64,000 nt of DNA from assembly GCA_035530655.1 (NCBI GenBank), contig DATKUK010000080.1, positions 4,534 to 68,533 on the forward strand. Direction: 5' to 3'. Made by a program: the position numbers and the translations under genes. Positions 36,667 to 46,487 of the stretch are shown in pieces; the stretch's first letter is position 1, and the number at the start of each line of letters is the position of its first letter. Source of the DNA: Phycisphaerae bacterium (GTDB lineage Bacteria; Planctomycetota; Phycisphaerae; UBA1845; DATKUK01). A model generated the notes under the pieces. That model was given only the letters and a program-made list of their open reading frames with translations. It was not told where the DNA came from and made no database searches.

Positions 36667-38111
36667 TGTTCTCTGTTGTCGAGTGGCTGATCCTTGGCGC
36701 GGTCGTGGTGGCTTGGCTTGTGGTGACCGCTTTGGCGGTGGGTCATGCCATCATGTACAGGCGCGATCCGCGCAGCACGGTCATCTGGATGTCGGTGAGT
36801 CTGGCGTTGCCGATCGTGGGGCCGTGGCTGTACTGGGTGTTGGGCATCAACCGGATCGAGCGCAGGGCCATCCGTCGTCTTGGGAAGCGCGAGAAGCCTT
36901 TCGAGACGTTCGATCACAGTCATGTCGACGCCGAGAGCAATCACCATCGCGAGGCCGTGGGCCACCTGATGAGCCTGCGGAAGATCGCCGATCGCGTTAC
37001 GCGAATGCCGCTGTTGTCCGGCAACGCGATCGCGCCTCTGCAGAACGGCGAGCAGGCCTATCCGCGGATGCTGGAGGCGATCGCTCGTGCCGAACGGTCG
37101 ATCACGCTGGTCAGCTACATCTTCGATTGGGACGACGTCGGGCGCGAGTTTGTGGCCGCCCTGGATGCGGCGGCCGAGCGCGGGGTCCGCGTGCACGTTC
37201 TGGTGGACGGGGTCGGCGTGCTGGGGTCGTTCTCGCGCATGGGTCGGCTGTTGCTTGAATCGGGGGCGGAGGTGGCGACGTTTTTCCCGGTTCGGTTTCC
37301 CTTGGGTCGCATCCGCCTCAACCTTCGCAACCACCGGAAGATTCTGGTGGTTGACGGAAAGGTTGGCTTTACCGGTGGTATGAACATCTCGTCGCGATAC
37401 CTGACCAGCGGCGGCAGCGCGAACCGCGTGGAGGATCTGCATTTCGAGCTGGCCGGGCCGGTGGTGGCAGAGATGCAGCACGCGTTTGTCGAAGACTGGG
37501 CGCTGGCCACGGGCGAGGTGCTGCACGGAGAGGCTTACTTCCCTCGGCTGACGCCGATCGGACCGGCGCTGTGTCGCGGGATTTCAAGCGGTCCGGACGA
37601 GGACTTCGAGAAGATTCATTGGATCCTGCAGGCCGCTCTGACCTCCGCTGATTTCGACCTGCAGATCGTCACGCCCTATTTCGTTCCCACAGCCGCGCTG
37701 GTGACGGGATTGGCGATGGCTGCTTTGCGGGGTGTGAGGATCCGGTTGGTTCTGCCGTCGGTGGTGGATTACCGCTTCATGCGTTGGGCGGCCGACGCCT
37801 ATCTCTGGCAACTGTTGGAGCATGGCATCGAGGTTTACCGTCGTCCGCCTCCGTTCGTGCACACCAAGCTGCTCATCGCTGATCGGCGGTGGCTGCTGTT
37901 CGGCTCGGCCAATCTGGATCCGCGAAGCTTCCGGCTGAACTTCGAGTTCAATGTCGAGGCGTACGATGCGACGTTGGCAGACAGGCTCTCGGCGTGGCTG
38001 GATGAGCGCATCGCCGAGTCGCAGCGCGTCACGCTCGAGCAGATGGACGCTCGTCCGACGTGGCGGCGCCTGCGAGATGGAGTGGCGAAGGTCTTTTCGC
38101 CGTATCTGTGA
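36663..38111 (+). CDS. cls: Cardiolipin synthase (PLD superfamily)
   Basis: Two N-terminal TM helices and two HKD motifs (HRKILVVDGKVGFTGGMNIS and HTKLLIADRRWLLFGSANLD). Start is GTG at 36663 or ATG at 36666. Confidence 0.92.
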   Translation: MMFSVVEWLILGAVVVAWLVVTALAVGHAIMYRRDPRSTVIWMSVSLALPIVGPWLYWVLGINRIERRAIRRLGKREKPFETFDHSHVDAESNHHREAVGHLMSLRKIADRVTRMPLLSGNAIAPLQNGEQAYPRMLEAIARAERSITLVSYIFDWDDVGREFVAALDAAAERGVRVHVLVDGVGVLGSFSRMGRLLLESGAEVATFFPVRFPLGRIRLNLRNHRKILVVDGKVGFTGGMNISSRYLTSGGSANRVEDLHFELAGPVVAEMQHAFVEDWALATGEVLHGEAYFPRLTPIGPALCRGISSGPDEDFEKIHWILQAALTSADFDLQIVTPYFVPTAALVTGLAMAALRGVRIRLVLPSVVDYRFMRWAADAYLWQLLEHGIEVYRRPPPFVHTKLLIADRRWLLFGSANLDPRSFRLNFEFNVEAYDATLADRLSAWLDERIAESQRVTLEQMDARPTWRRLRDGVAKVFSPYL

Positions 38112-38115
38112 GATG

Positions 38116-38174
38116 TGAAAGGTGGGTCACGTCCCGCCTCGCGTTTTTTCCGATTTGAAAGGTGGGTCATGCCC
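38116..38174. repeat. Two direct copies of TGAAAGGTGGGTCA(C/T)G(T)CCC, 40 nt apart
   Basis: 38116-38135 and 38156-38174 in the 66-nt gap between convergent cls and oxidoreductase genes. The core AAGGTGGG-CATG resembles the arm of the dispersed repeat family. A T6 run lies at 38144-38149. Confidence 0.7.
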
Positions 38175-38177
38175 TAT

Positions 38178-39203
38178 TCATGAAAGGCTGCCGGATGTCA
38201 AGAGCCGCCGCTGGGGCTGGCCGGTGGCGGCGGCTTCGTCGGCGGCGATGCATGCAGCCAGTGAGTCGAACGCGTCGCGGCCGGTGATCTCCACCGGTGC
38301 GCCGTTGGCAATCGATCGCAGGAACGACGCAACGCAGCCTCGCGTGCCGGTCACGATGGGCGACTCGTCGTCGGGCAACACCTGCCAGTCGTCCCGCCCG
38401 TCGATCGCGACCCGGTCGCCGACAACCATTCCCTTCGTGCCCACCAAACGGAAATGATCGTCAATCGCGCCGGCCTTGGGCCAACGGGCTTCGTACGTGA
38501 CCGTGACCTGCCCGATCGGGCCGCCTTCGAATCGATAGACAGCAGCGGTCGTCTTGGCCTTGGGGAACGCTAGGGTGCCCATATCGTTGCTGGCTGCCCA
38601 CACAGCCGCGATGGGCCTGCCGATCAGGTAGCGCAGCAGGTCCACCTCGTGAATGCCCGACCCGACCAGCGCCGTCCGACCCGCCTCGGCCGAGGCGTAC
38701 CATGGCGCCCGTCGGAACTGCCCGCGCTTGTCCTGAATCGCGTCGATCCGAAGGTGGATGATCTGGCCCAGATCGCCCGAATCGATCAGACTGCGAATCG
38801 CCCGGTACCGCGATCGATACCGGCGCTCATGCGCCACCATCAGAAGGCGAGATGCCTGCTCGGCTGCGTCCACAATCGCCCGGCCATCGGTCAGGTTCGT
38901 CGCCAGCGGCTTGGTCAGCAGCACGTGGCAGCCGGCCGCAAGACACTGCGCGGCGTGCTTGCGATGCAGATGGTCGGGCGTGACGACACTCACCGCGTCC
39001 AGGCGCTCGGCCGCAAGCATCGCGTCCACGTCGGCGTAGCCCTCAGCCACCGACGGACACGCTGCACGGACGGCGCTGACGCGCTCGGCATCCGGGTCGC
39101 ACACGACCAACCGCCCGACCACACCGTGCTGCGCGTACGCCTCAACGTGGTGCCGCCCAAGGCCCAGCCCGATCACGCCGACGTTCAGCTTCTCTGCGCT
39201 CAC
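38178..39203 (-). CDS. Gfo/Idh/MocA-family oxidoreductase
   Basis: In-frame GTG at 39203 (AGGTGGA upstream) gives MSAEKLNVGVIGLGLGRHH, the canonical N-terminal Rossmann start. The track ORF extends to GTG at 39233. Confidence 0.85.
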   Translation of the reverse strand: MSAEKLNVGVIGLGLGRHHVEAYAQHGVVGRLVVCDPDAERVSAVRAACPSVAEGYADVDAMLAAERLDAVSVVTPDHLHRKHAAQCLAAGCHVLLTKPLATNLTDGRAIVDAAEQASRLLMVAHERRYRSRYRAIRSLIDSGDLGQIIHLRIDAIQDKRGQFRRAPWYASAEAGRTALVGSGIHEVDLLRYLIGRPIAAVWAASNDMGTLAFPKAKTTAAVYRFEGGPIGQVTVTYEARWPKAGAIDDHFRLVGTKGMVVGDRVAIDGRDDWQVLPDDESPIVTGTRGCVASFLRSIANGAPVEITGRDAFDSLAACIAADEAAATGQPQRRLLTSGSLS

Positions 39204-39343
39204 TCGACATCCACCTGCGTTAACAACTCCCACATCTGACGGCCAAGCCCCAGGCCCAAGCTACTGCTCGTCGGTCACGTCGCCCTGAAGCGCAATGGGC
39301 TGGAGCTTACCCGTCGGACGGGCGACAACGTCTCGAGCCGCCG

Positions 39344-40693
39344 TCAGTCGACGTCCGGCAGATACGCCCCTTCCTCCTTCAGTCGCTGTCGCAGGCGATT
39401 GGTGTCGACGCTGTGCACATCGACATCGGCTGTTGTCGCCGCGTGTGCAGCCGCCATGCCGGCCGCCTCGCCCATCGCCAGGCATACCGGCATGACACGT
39501 ACGCTGCCCTGCACCGTGCGATCACAAGAGACAGAGCGTCCAGCCACCACCACGTTCCGAATGCCCTTCGGCGTGAGACATCGGTAGGGAACGCCGTGCG
39601 ATTCGCCTTCTTCGTAACGTATCGTCTGTTCGTCCAGTTGCTGGAGTTTCTCCGGGCTTCGCTGCCGGTTGGTGAACGCATGATGGATATCGACGTAGTA
39701 GCAGTTCCGGCAGATCTCGTCGGCGAAGCTTCGTCGCGCCAGGTAATCCTCTACGGTCAGTGTGTAATCGCCCACAATCCGCCGCGTCTCGCGAATGCCC
39801 ATCAGCCCGCCGGTGGCGACCAGAAACGCGTTGCCGAATGCTCTCGGGTAGAACTCAGCCAGTCCGTCACGGTAAGCGGCGGCCATCTTACGGCCCTCGA
39901 CCAGCGCCCGGCTGACACTGACTGGATCGGTGTTGTCCACATTCCAGATATGTCCGGCGTTGAAGCCCACCGTACCCGGGCCGATCAGGCTGTTGCAGCT
40001 ATGATCGTCGGGTATCTGCGGGTACTTGCCGGACCTGAGGATATCCCATATCGGGCTTTTCGGATGGTTCGCGTGTACTCGTGGCCCGGTGCGGTAGGCG
40101 TACTCATCCACGTTGGTCAGGACGAAGCAGTGCGTAGCCGGCTGTAAGTCGCCGCTTTCGTTGCCTTGCTGATACTGCGCGCCCGCCCAGACGGCCAGAT
40201 CGGCATCGCCCGTGCAGTCGACGTAGACCTTTGCCTTATAGGCTGACAGTCCTGACTTGCTGGCCACGACAATCGTCGACACGGTGTCGTTGTCCGGCTC
40301 GACCGCGCACAGTGTGGTGTTAAACAGCACCGACGCGCCGGCCTCCAGCACCAGATCGTCGTAGATGCGTTTGAGCAGCTCCGGGTCGATGGCTACCCAG
40401 TCGAGCGCATCCTCGTCGATATGGGGCATGCCCCGCTTGCACGCGTTGAGGACCCGCTCGGCCAGACCTCGGTAGATGATCTTTTCCTTGTCCGAGAACG
40501 GGCACCACGCCGGCACCAGCCCGTTGGTGCCCATCCCGCCCAGGGCGCCGGTTGTTTCGATCAGCAGTGTCTTGGCGCCTTCGCGAGCGGCTGCCGCTGC
40601 CGCCGTGCAACCGGCCGGCCCGCCGCCGGCGACGATCACCTCCCAGGTGTCATCCAAGTCAACCGTCCTGTTTTTCAGTGTGTACTCAGCCAT
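39344..40693 (-). CDS. FAD-dependent oxidoreductase (FAD_oxidored-type)
   Basis: 449 aa. Dinucleotide-binding motif VIVAGGGPAGCTAAAAAAREGAKTLLIE. Confidence 0.85.
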   Translation of the reverse strand: MAEYTLKNRTVDLDDTWEVIVAGGGPAGCTAAAAAAREGAKTLLIETTGALGGMGTNGLVPAWCPFSDKEKIIYRGLAERVLNACKRGMPHIDEDALDWVAIDPELLKRIYDDLVLEAGASVLFNTTLCAVEPDNDTVSTIVVASKSGLSAYKAKVYVDCTGDADLAVWAGAQYQQGNESGDLQPATHCFVLTNVDEYAYRTGPRVHANHPKSPIWDILRSGKYPQIPDDHSCNSLIGPGTVGFNAGHIWNVDNTDPVSVSRALVEGRKMAAAYRDGLAEFYPRAFGNAFLVATGGLMGIRETRRIVGDYTLTVEDYLARRSFADEICRNCYYVDIHHAFTNRQRSPEKLQQLDEQTIRYEEGESHGVPYRCLTPKGIRNVVVAGRSVSCDRTVQGSVRVMPVCLAMGEAAGMAAAHAATTADVDVHSVDTNRLRQRLKEEGAYLPDVD

Positions 40694-40745
40694 CGTCCGA
40701 CCTCAGCTGCCACGCGATTGGAGGGAAACTCCGCGTGCCCGAAAT

Positions 40746-41294
40746 TCAACCTTCCACCACCTCGCCCGGCAGTACATACAGCGGCTGGGGATATTTGAAG
40801 TCCTTGATCACCCTGGCCTTGAAGATGTTGATTTTGCCGTCGGCGTCCACGGCGCTCTGCCGGATCCAGCCGCCGACCACCTTGCCGATGATCAGGGCGT
40901 GGTGGCCGATCGGCACCTCCTGCTCGAACGCAAACTCGACCGCCGCTTGGCACTCGGCAATCGACGGCGTCTTCAGGGTGATCCCGGCCTTGGCGGTCAG
41001 GGCGGCCTCGTCCAGTTCGCTGCGCGTCTCGGGGATCTGGTCGGCGAGCACGGCCAGCGCCTTGACCAGATCGGCCCCGGGAATGTTGATGACGAACTCG
41101 CGGCCACGCAGGATATTCGCGTAGGTGTGGCTGGTCACGGAGATGGCTGCCCCGATTTGCGTGCCTGACAGGTTTGTATAGGCACCGAACACTCCGGCAT
41201 TGATAATGCCCGACGCGTGCAGCGTAGTGATGATCATGGTGGGCTTGGTCGAAAGGTAGCCCATCGCCTCGTGGCCTCGTGTTTCGTTGTACAT
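40746..41294 (-). CDS. Flavin reductase-like (split-barrel) protein
   Basis: Trimmed to MYNETRG at 41294. Size and pattern (PTMIITT...NAGVFGAYT...INIP) resemble the flavin reductase-like domain. Confidence 0.6.
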   Translation of the reverse strand: MYNETRGHEAMGYLSTKPTMIITTLHASGIINAGVFGAYTNLSGTQIGAAISVTSHTYANILRGREFVINIPGADLVKALAVLADQIPETRSELDEAALTAKAGITLKTPSIAECQAAVEFAFEQEVPIGHHALIIGKVVGGWIRQSAVDADGKINIFKARVIKDFKYPQPLYVLPGEVVEG

Positions 41295-41558
41295 GTCACA
41301 CCGCTCCATTCTGAGCCTGGGGGCATCAAGCTACCCGAACCGTTCGGGTAAGGCAAAGAATCGCCGTCCCTGCTGCATTCGCGGCACTGCAAGCATGCTA
41401 CGCGGCTGGTCGTCGCGCCGAAGACTTGCCGCCATCACGCTTTACGGCGATGATGGCTGGCTCTGTTGGCTTCCGGAAGGATACTGGATGGATCAGGCAA
41501 CCTCTTACGCACTCATAGCAGCCCCTGTCGCCGGTGGCGCGCACGGTGAGAACCCGCG

Positions 41559-43886
41559 ATGATCGAACTCAAGCAGTCGAAAGACGCCCCACTTATTGAC
41601 CTGAACGACTCATGGTCCTTTGCCTTCTGTCATGAAGCGCCTGCCGACGAGTACCGCACGGAGGATGACGTTCGTCGAGCCGGCCTGACCGTGCGTCCCG
41701 CAGCGGTGCCGGGCAACTTCGAGCTGGACCTTCAGGCAGCGGGGCTGATCGGCGACCCATTCGTCGGTGTCAACGCGCTGGACGTCCGAAAGTTCGAAGC
41801 GTGCCACATCTGGTACTGGCGGCGCTTTGCGGCCGATGACCGCCCTGGCCACGATGCGTGTCTGCTCTTCGAAGGAATCGACTGCTTCGCGGACATCTTC
41901 CTTAACGGCCAGCCGATCGGTTCGACCGACAACATGCTGACCGAGCACGTCTTGGACGTGACCGGACGTCTCCGCGGCGACAACGAACTGCTCGTGCACA
42001 TCCGCCCGGCGGCGGAGGAGGCAACGCGATTTGAGTATCCGCCGGGAACGTGCGCCAACCTCATCAACGTCGAGTCCGTCCAGGTGCGCAAGGCGCCTCA
42101 CATGTACGGGTGGGACATCATGCCGCGGATAGTCTCGGCGGGCATCTGGCGAGCCGTGAGTCTGGCTTGCAGGCCCACCGAACGTCTCGACAGTGCGTTT
42201 CTGGAAACGCGCCGCGTCGCAGAGGATCGTCAAACGGCAGACCTTGTGCTGCATTACCGTGCGAGCACCTCTTGCCGCTCCAACGACAGCTATGAGATTT
42301 CCGTCGAAGGTGCATGCGATGATTCGCACTTTGCTGCTTCTCAGCCGCTGGTGTTCGAGGCCGGTCGACTGGTGATACCGGTCGAACAGCCGTGTCTCTG
42401 GTGGCCTCGCGGACGGGGACAACCGAATCTCTACGATGTGACCGTGCGGCTGGCAAAGAACGGGCAGCACGTCGATGAGCTTCGTTTTCGCCACGGCATC
42501 CGCACCGTTCAGCTCGACCGCACCAGCGTCACCAACTCCAACGGCGAGGGCGAATTCTGCTTCCGCGTTAACGGCGAGCGCATCTTCGTTCGCGGCACCA
42601 ACTGGGTTCCACTGGACGCTCTGCACTCACGCGACCTGGTGCGGACGCAGCGCGCCCTCGAAATGGCTGAAGACCTCGAATGCAACATGCTTCGCTGCTG
42701 GGGCGGGAATGTGTACGAAAGCGACCTGTTCTTTGATCTGTGCGACCAGAAGGGCATCCTCGTCTGGCAGGACTTCGCCATGGCCTGCGCGCTGTACCCA
42801 CAGGATGAGGACTTCCAGAAGCGACTGGCGGCTGAGGCGCAGAAGGTCATCCGCCGCCTGCGTCAGCACCCGTCGCTGGCCTTATGGTGCGGCGACAACG
42901 AGTGCGATTGGGCCTACGGATGGTTCGGACGCGGCGACCCCAACCGCAACGTGCTGACGCGCCACGTGCTGCCTGCAATCCTGCAGCAGGAAGATCCAAC
43001 ACGCCCCTATTTGCCGAGTTCGCCCTACGTCGATGCAACAGCCTACAAGGCCGGACAGGACCTCGTACCCGAGAATCACCTCTGGGGTCCGCGAGGCTAC
43101 TTCAAGAGCAAGTTCTATACCGCCGCATGCTGCCACTTCGTCAGCGAGATCGGCTATCACGGCTGCCCTGCTCCGGAGTCGCTGCGCAAGTTCCTCTCGC
43201 CCGACAAGGTCTGGCCATGGCGCGACAACGACGAATGGCGTCTTCATGCCACCAATCCCGTGCCCGAGGTTAACCTGTATGGCCGCCGCGTCGAGCTGAT
43301 GGCCAACCAGATCCGCGAGTTGTTCGGCCAGGTGCCCGATACTCTGGAGGAGTTCGCCTTCGCCAGTCAGGTAACCCAGGCCGAAGCCAAGAAGTTCTTC
43401 ATCGAGAGGTTTCGGTGCGGCAAGTGGCGGCGGACCGGAATCCTGTGGTGGAATCTATTGGACGGCTGGCCCCAATTCTCCGATGCGGTGGTCGACTACT
43501 ACTTCACCAGGAAGCTTGCCTACTACACCATTCGCACGTCGCAGCAGTTGCTCTGCCTCATGTTGGGCGAGCCGCAGGACGGGCGGCAGCACCTGCTGGC
43601 GTGCAACGACACCAACGGCGATATCCCGATCGACTTTGCCGTGCGCGACGTCCAGGCCGGCCGGATCGTGCTGGACGGCCGCGCCACGGCCGCAGCCGAC
43701 AGCGCAACCCGCCTGGGGCAGATCGCGTCCGACCCGAACGGCCAGACCTTCTACCTGATTGAGTGGCAGTACCCCGGCGGCCAATCCCGCAATCACTACC
43801 TGGCAGGATCGCCGCCCTTTTCGTTGGACGAGTATCACCGGTGGCTGCACACCGCCGACCTCTATCCCCAGACCGTCACAGGATAG
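41559..43886 (+). CDS. Glycoside hydrolase family 2 (beta-mannosidase-like)
   Basis: 775 aa. Sugar-binding, Ig-like and TIM-barrel order, with NMLRCWGGNVYESDLFFDLCDQKGILVWQDF typical of GH2 beta-mannosidases. Confidence 0.85.
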   Translation: MIELKQSKDAPLIDLNDSWSFAFCHEAPADEYRTEDDVRRAGLTVRPAAVPGNFELDLQAAGLIGDPFVGVNALDVRKFEACHIWYWRRFAADDRPGHDACLLFEGIDCFADIFLNGQPIGSTDNMLTEHVLDVTGRLRGDNELLVHIRPAAEEATRFEYPPGTCANLINVESVQVRKAPHMYGWDIMPRIVSAGIWRAVSLACRPTERLDSAFLETRRVAEDRQTADLVLHYRASTSCRSNDSYEISVEGACDDSHFAASQPLVFEAGRLVIPVEQPCLWWPRGRGQPNLYDVTVRLAKNGQHVDELRFRHGIRTVQLDRTSVTNSNGEGEFCFRVNGERIFVRGTNWVPLDALHSRDLVRTQRALEMAEDLECNMLRCWGGNVYESDLFFDLCDQKGILVWQDFAMACALYPQDEDFQKRLAAEAQKVIRRLRQHPSLALWCGDNECDWAYGWFGRGDPNRNVLTRHVLPAILQQEDPTRPYLPSSPYVDATAYKAGQDLVPENHLWGPRGYFKSKFYTAACCHFVSEIGYHGCPAPESLRKFLSPDKVWPWRDNDEWRLHATNPVPEVNLYGRRVELMANQIRELFGQVPDTLEEFAFASQVTQAEAKKFFIERFRCGKWRRTGILWWNLLDGWPQFSDAVVDYYFTRKLAYYTIRTSQQLLCLMLGEPQDGRQHLLACNDTNGDIPIDFAVRDVQAGRIVLDGRATAAADSATRLGQIASDPNGQTFYLIEWQYPGGQSRNHYLAGSPPFSLDEYHRWLHTADLYPQTVTG

Positions 43887-43908
43887 GCGTGGGCGTTGAA
43901 AAACCTCT

Positions 43909-45054
43909 TTACACCTTCGCCAGCGCCTGTTCCAGATCCCCCAACAGCAGTTCGGTGTTCTCGATCCCAGCCGATAGTCGCACGGTGTTGGGTAGCACAC
44001 CGAACAACATCCGGCGCTCCGGCGGAAGGTAGAGCATCGTCGTCAAATGGGGGATGCAGATCAGCGACTCGGTGGCCCCAAGGCTCACCGCATGGTAGAT
44101 CGTGTTCAACGCATTGATGAGCCGCTTGGCGTCTTCCTGGTTCTCGCCCACGTTGAACGCCAGCACGCCGCCAAACCCGCCCTCCATCTGCTTGCACGCG
44201 ACCTGGTGGCCCGGGTCGGACTTGAGCCCTGGATAGTTGACTTGCGACACCTTCGGGTGAGCCGCCAGGTACTCGGCCATGGCCTGCGCGTTGGCCGCCA
44301 TCTTCTCGGCCCGCAAATCCAGCGTTTTCAGGCCCCGTTCAAGCAGAAACGCCGAGTGAGGGTCCAGAGTCGTGCCGATCGCCTGGCGCGTGAACCATAG
44401 CTCGTCATAGTCATCCTTAGGGCCGGCGATAGCCCCCGCCATCAGGTCGTTGTGGCCGCCCAGGCCTTTCGTGGCGCTGTGCACCACCAGATGCGCGCCG
44501 AGTGACAAAGGCTTCTGGTGATACGGCGTGGCGAACGTGTTGTCGACAACCAGCATGGCCCCGACCCGATCGGCATGACGGCGAGTCGCCGCGATGTCGA
44601 CGATCTTGCACAACGGATTGCTGGGTGTCTCACAAAAGATCATCTTTGTGTTCGGCTTGACGTGCTCGCCGACCGCGTCGCTGTCGGATGCGTCCAGCCA
44701 GGTGATCTCCACGCCCATCCGTTCCAGAATGAGTGAGACCTTGTAGTTGGCACCGTAGACGTCATGGAAAATGATCAGGTGGTCGCCTGCGCTCAGATAC
44801 GTCAGGTACACCATGGTGCATGCCGCCATCCCCGTCGTGCAGATGACGGCGTCGTCGGCCCCCTCCAACCTGGCGATGGCCTTCTCCACCGTGCGTACCG
44901 TCGGGTTGTCGTCGCGATGATAGGTGTAGCCGTCGATTTCGCCGTCGGTGATCTGCCGCAGCACCTCGAACGAAGCGTACTCATAATTGACGGCGTTGAC
45001 GATGGGAGTAACCATCGGCCGGTTGCCGTAGGGGGTCAAAGGATCGTTACCCAT
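43909..45054 (-). CDS. Cys/Met-metabolism PLP-dependent enzyme (cystathionine gamma-synthase/lyase family)
   Basis: Trimmed to the ATG at 45054, preceded by AAGGAG. PLP-lysine motif HSATKGLGGHNDLMAG. Confidence 0.85.
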   Translation of the reverse strand: MGNDPLTPYGNRPMVTPIVNAVNYEYASFEVLRQITDGEIDGYTYHRDDNPTVRTVEKAIARLEGADDAVICTTGMAACTMVYLTYLSAGDHLIIFHDVYGANYKVSLILERMGVEITWLDASDSDAVGEHVKPNTKMIFCETPSNPLCKIVDIAATRRHADRVGAMLVVDNTFATPYHQKPLSLGAHLVVHSATKGLGGHNDLMAGAIAGPKDDYDELWFTRQAIGTTLDPHSAFLLERGLKTLDLRAEKMAANAQAMAEYLAAHPKVSQVNYPGLKSDPGHQVACKQMEGGFGGVLAFNVGENQEDAKRLINALNTIYHAVSLGATESLICIPHLTTMLYLPPERRMLFGVLPNTVRLSAGIENTELLLGDLEQALAKV

Positions 45055-45112
45055 TTCAACTCCTTCATATCTCCACACATTCTCAAGCTTGCATCCGCAG
45101 CAACGCCGAGAA

Positions 45113-46255
45113 TCAGTACCAACTCTCCTCATAAGCCGTGTCAAGCATCGCCACTACGTTCTCCGGCGGCACGTTGCCCATGATGTTGTGCACCTGATTG
45201 AATACGAAGCCACCGCCCGGCTTGAAGGTGCCGACCAGCCCGCGAACCGACTCGGATACTTCCGACGGACTTTTCACGCCCAGAATGTTCTGCGTGTCGC
45301 ACCCGCCGCCCCAGAAAACGATGCGGTCGCCGAACTCCGCCTTCAGCTCGCGCGGATCCATGTTGTCGGCCGAGATCTGAACGGGGTTCAGCACGTCCAC
45401 CCCGCAATCGATCAACATGGGAATCAGCGGCTTGATCGAGCCGCAACAGTGATGGAACACCTTGCAGTCGCTGTGACGATGAATGAAATCGCATAACCGC
45501 TTGATGAACGGCGCCGTGATCTGCTCCATCAACGACCGCCGGCAGAACGGACCTGTCTGAAGGCCCATATCCGCGTTGATGCAGATCATCTGGATGTACG
45601 GGCCCATTGCGTCGATGATCCTGCCTGCCTGCTCGATATCCCGCCGGCAGCACCGGCGGTTGGCCTCGATCAGCTCATCAGGGCCGGTCAGCATCTTGCA
45701 GAGCCAATCGGGGTCTTCACTGAAATAGGCGCCGAACCCCATGTACATCGTGGCGTACTCGGTTTCCTTGTAGATTCTCTCCGCCTCGCGAGCCGTAGCC
45801 GCCAGCCACTCCTGCTCGCTGCGCCCATGCCAGTCCGACAGCCACGAACCGTCAAAGAAGAATCCACCGGCCGGCATGCGCATCCGCGCTAGCGTCCCGT
45901 CCGGGCGTGTCTGCTGGATAGACCACTCCCCGTCGACGCTTCGTTGCGGCTGGAAGGCGGCCGGCACGACAAACTCGTAGTCGTCCCGCGGACGCCACCT
46001 CGCCGTCTGCGGCCACCCGGGATGCAGAAGCATGCAGTCACAATGGAACCGCTGGAGAACGTCTTCGTCCACCCGCGCCAGGAATTGCACCACATCGGGA
46101 ACCGTGATTTGATGGGTTGCCAGACCCAGACGCTTGCGAAGGTTCCAGTACGCAAACGCCGAAATGCCCGTCGAGTAGTGACAGCCCAGGTCAATCGGCA
46201 TGCGGTCCGTCGGCTGGCGGTTCAACGTGCGAATGACCCGCTCTCGCGAGGTCAT
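45113..46255 (-). CDS. Uroporphyrinogen decarboxylase (URO-D)-family protein
   Basis: Trimmed to MTSRERVIRTLNRQPTDRMPIDLG at 46255, the typical N-terminus of URO-D/MtaA-like TIM-barrel proteins. Confidence 0.7.
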   Translation of the reverse strand: MTSRERVIRTLNRQPTDRMPIDLGCHYSTGISAFAYWNLRKRLGLATHQITVPDVVQFLARVDEDVLQRFHCDCMLLHPGWPQTARWRPRDDYEFVVPAAFQPQRSVDGEWSIQQTRPDGTLARMRMPAGGFFFDGSWLSDWHGRSEQEWLAATAREAERIYKETEYATMYMGFGAYFSEDPDWLCKMLTGPDELIEANRRCCRRDIEQAGRIIDAMGPYIQMICINADMGLQTGPFCRRSLMEQITAPFIKRLCDFIHRHSDCKVFHHCCGSIKPLIPMLIDCGVDVLNPVQISADNMDPRELKAEFGDRIVFWGGGCDTQNILGVKSPSEVSESVRGLVGTFKPGGGFVFNQVHNIMGNVPPENVVAMLDTAYEESWY

Positions 46256-46487
46256 CGTCTCAGATTGGTGTGGCCTATCCCTGCTCATTCCGCCTCGCAT
46301 CTGTCGCCTGGCTTGCCCAAGTGGTAACCCATGGACGGCTGTTCCACAAGGGCGCACCGCCTTTCTGTCGAACCGAACGAACCACGTCCAACTGGCGGGC
46401 AGGACCTTCGCGCCTTGCGTTGGGCTCGGTATGCTGCCATCTAAAATGGGATACGCCCGACGCCCGCTAGCGGCAGGAGACGGGACC

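Noticed and set aside
38116-38174. CRISPR-like spacing of short direct repeats, also considered for 54725-54759
   Set aside because: There are only two copies each. The repeats are 13-20 nt, the 'spacers' are 9-20 nt, and no cas genes are present. These are not CRISPR arrays.
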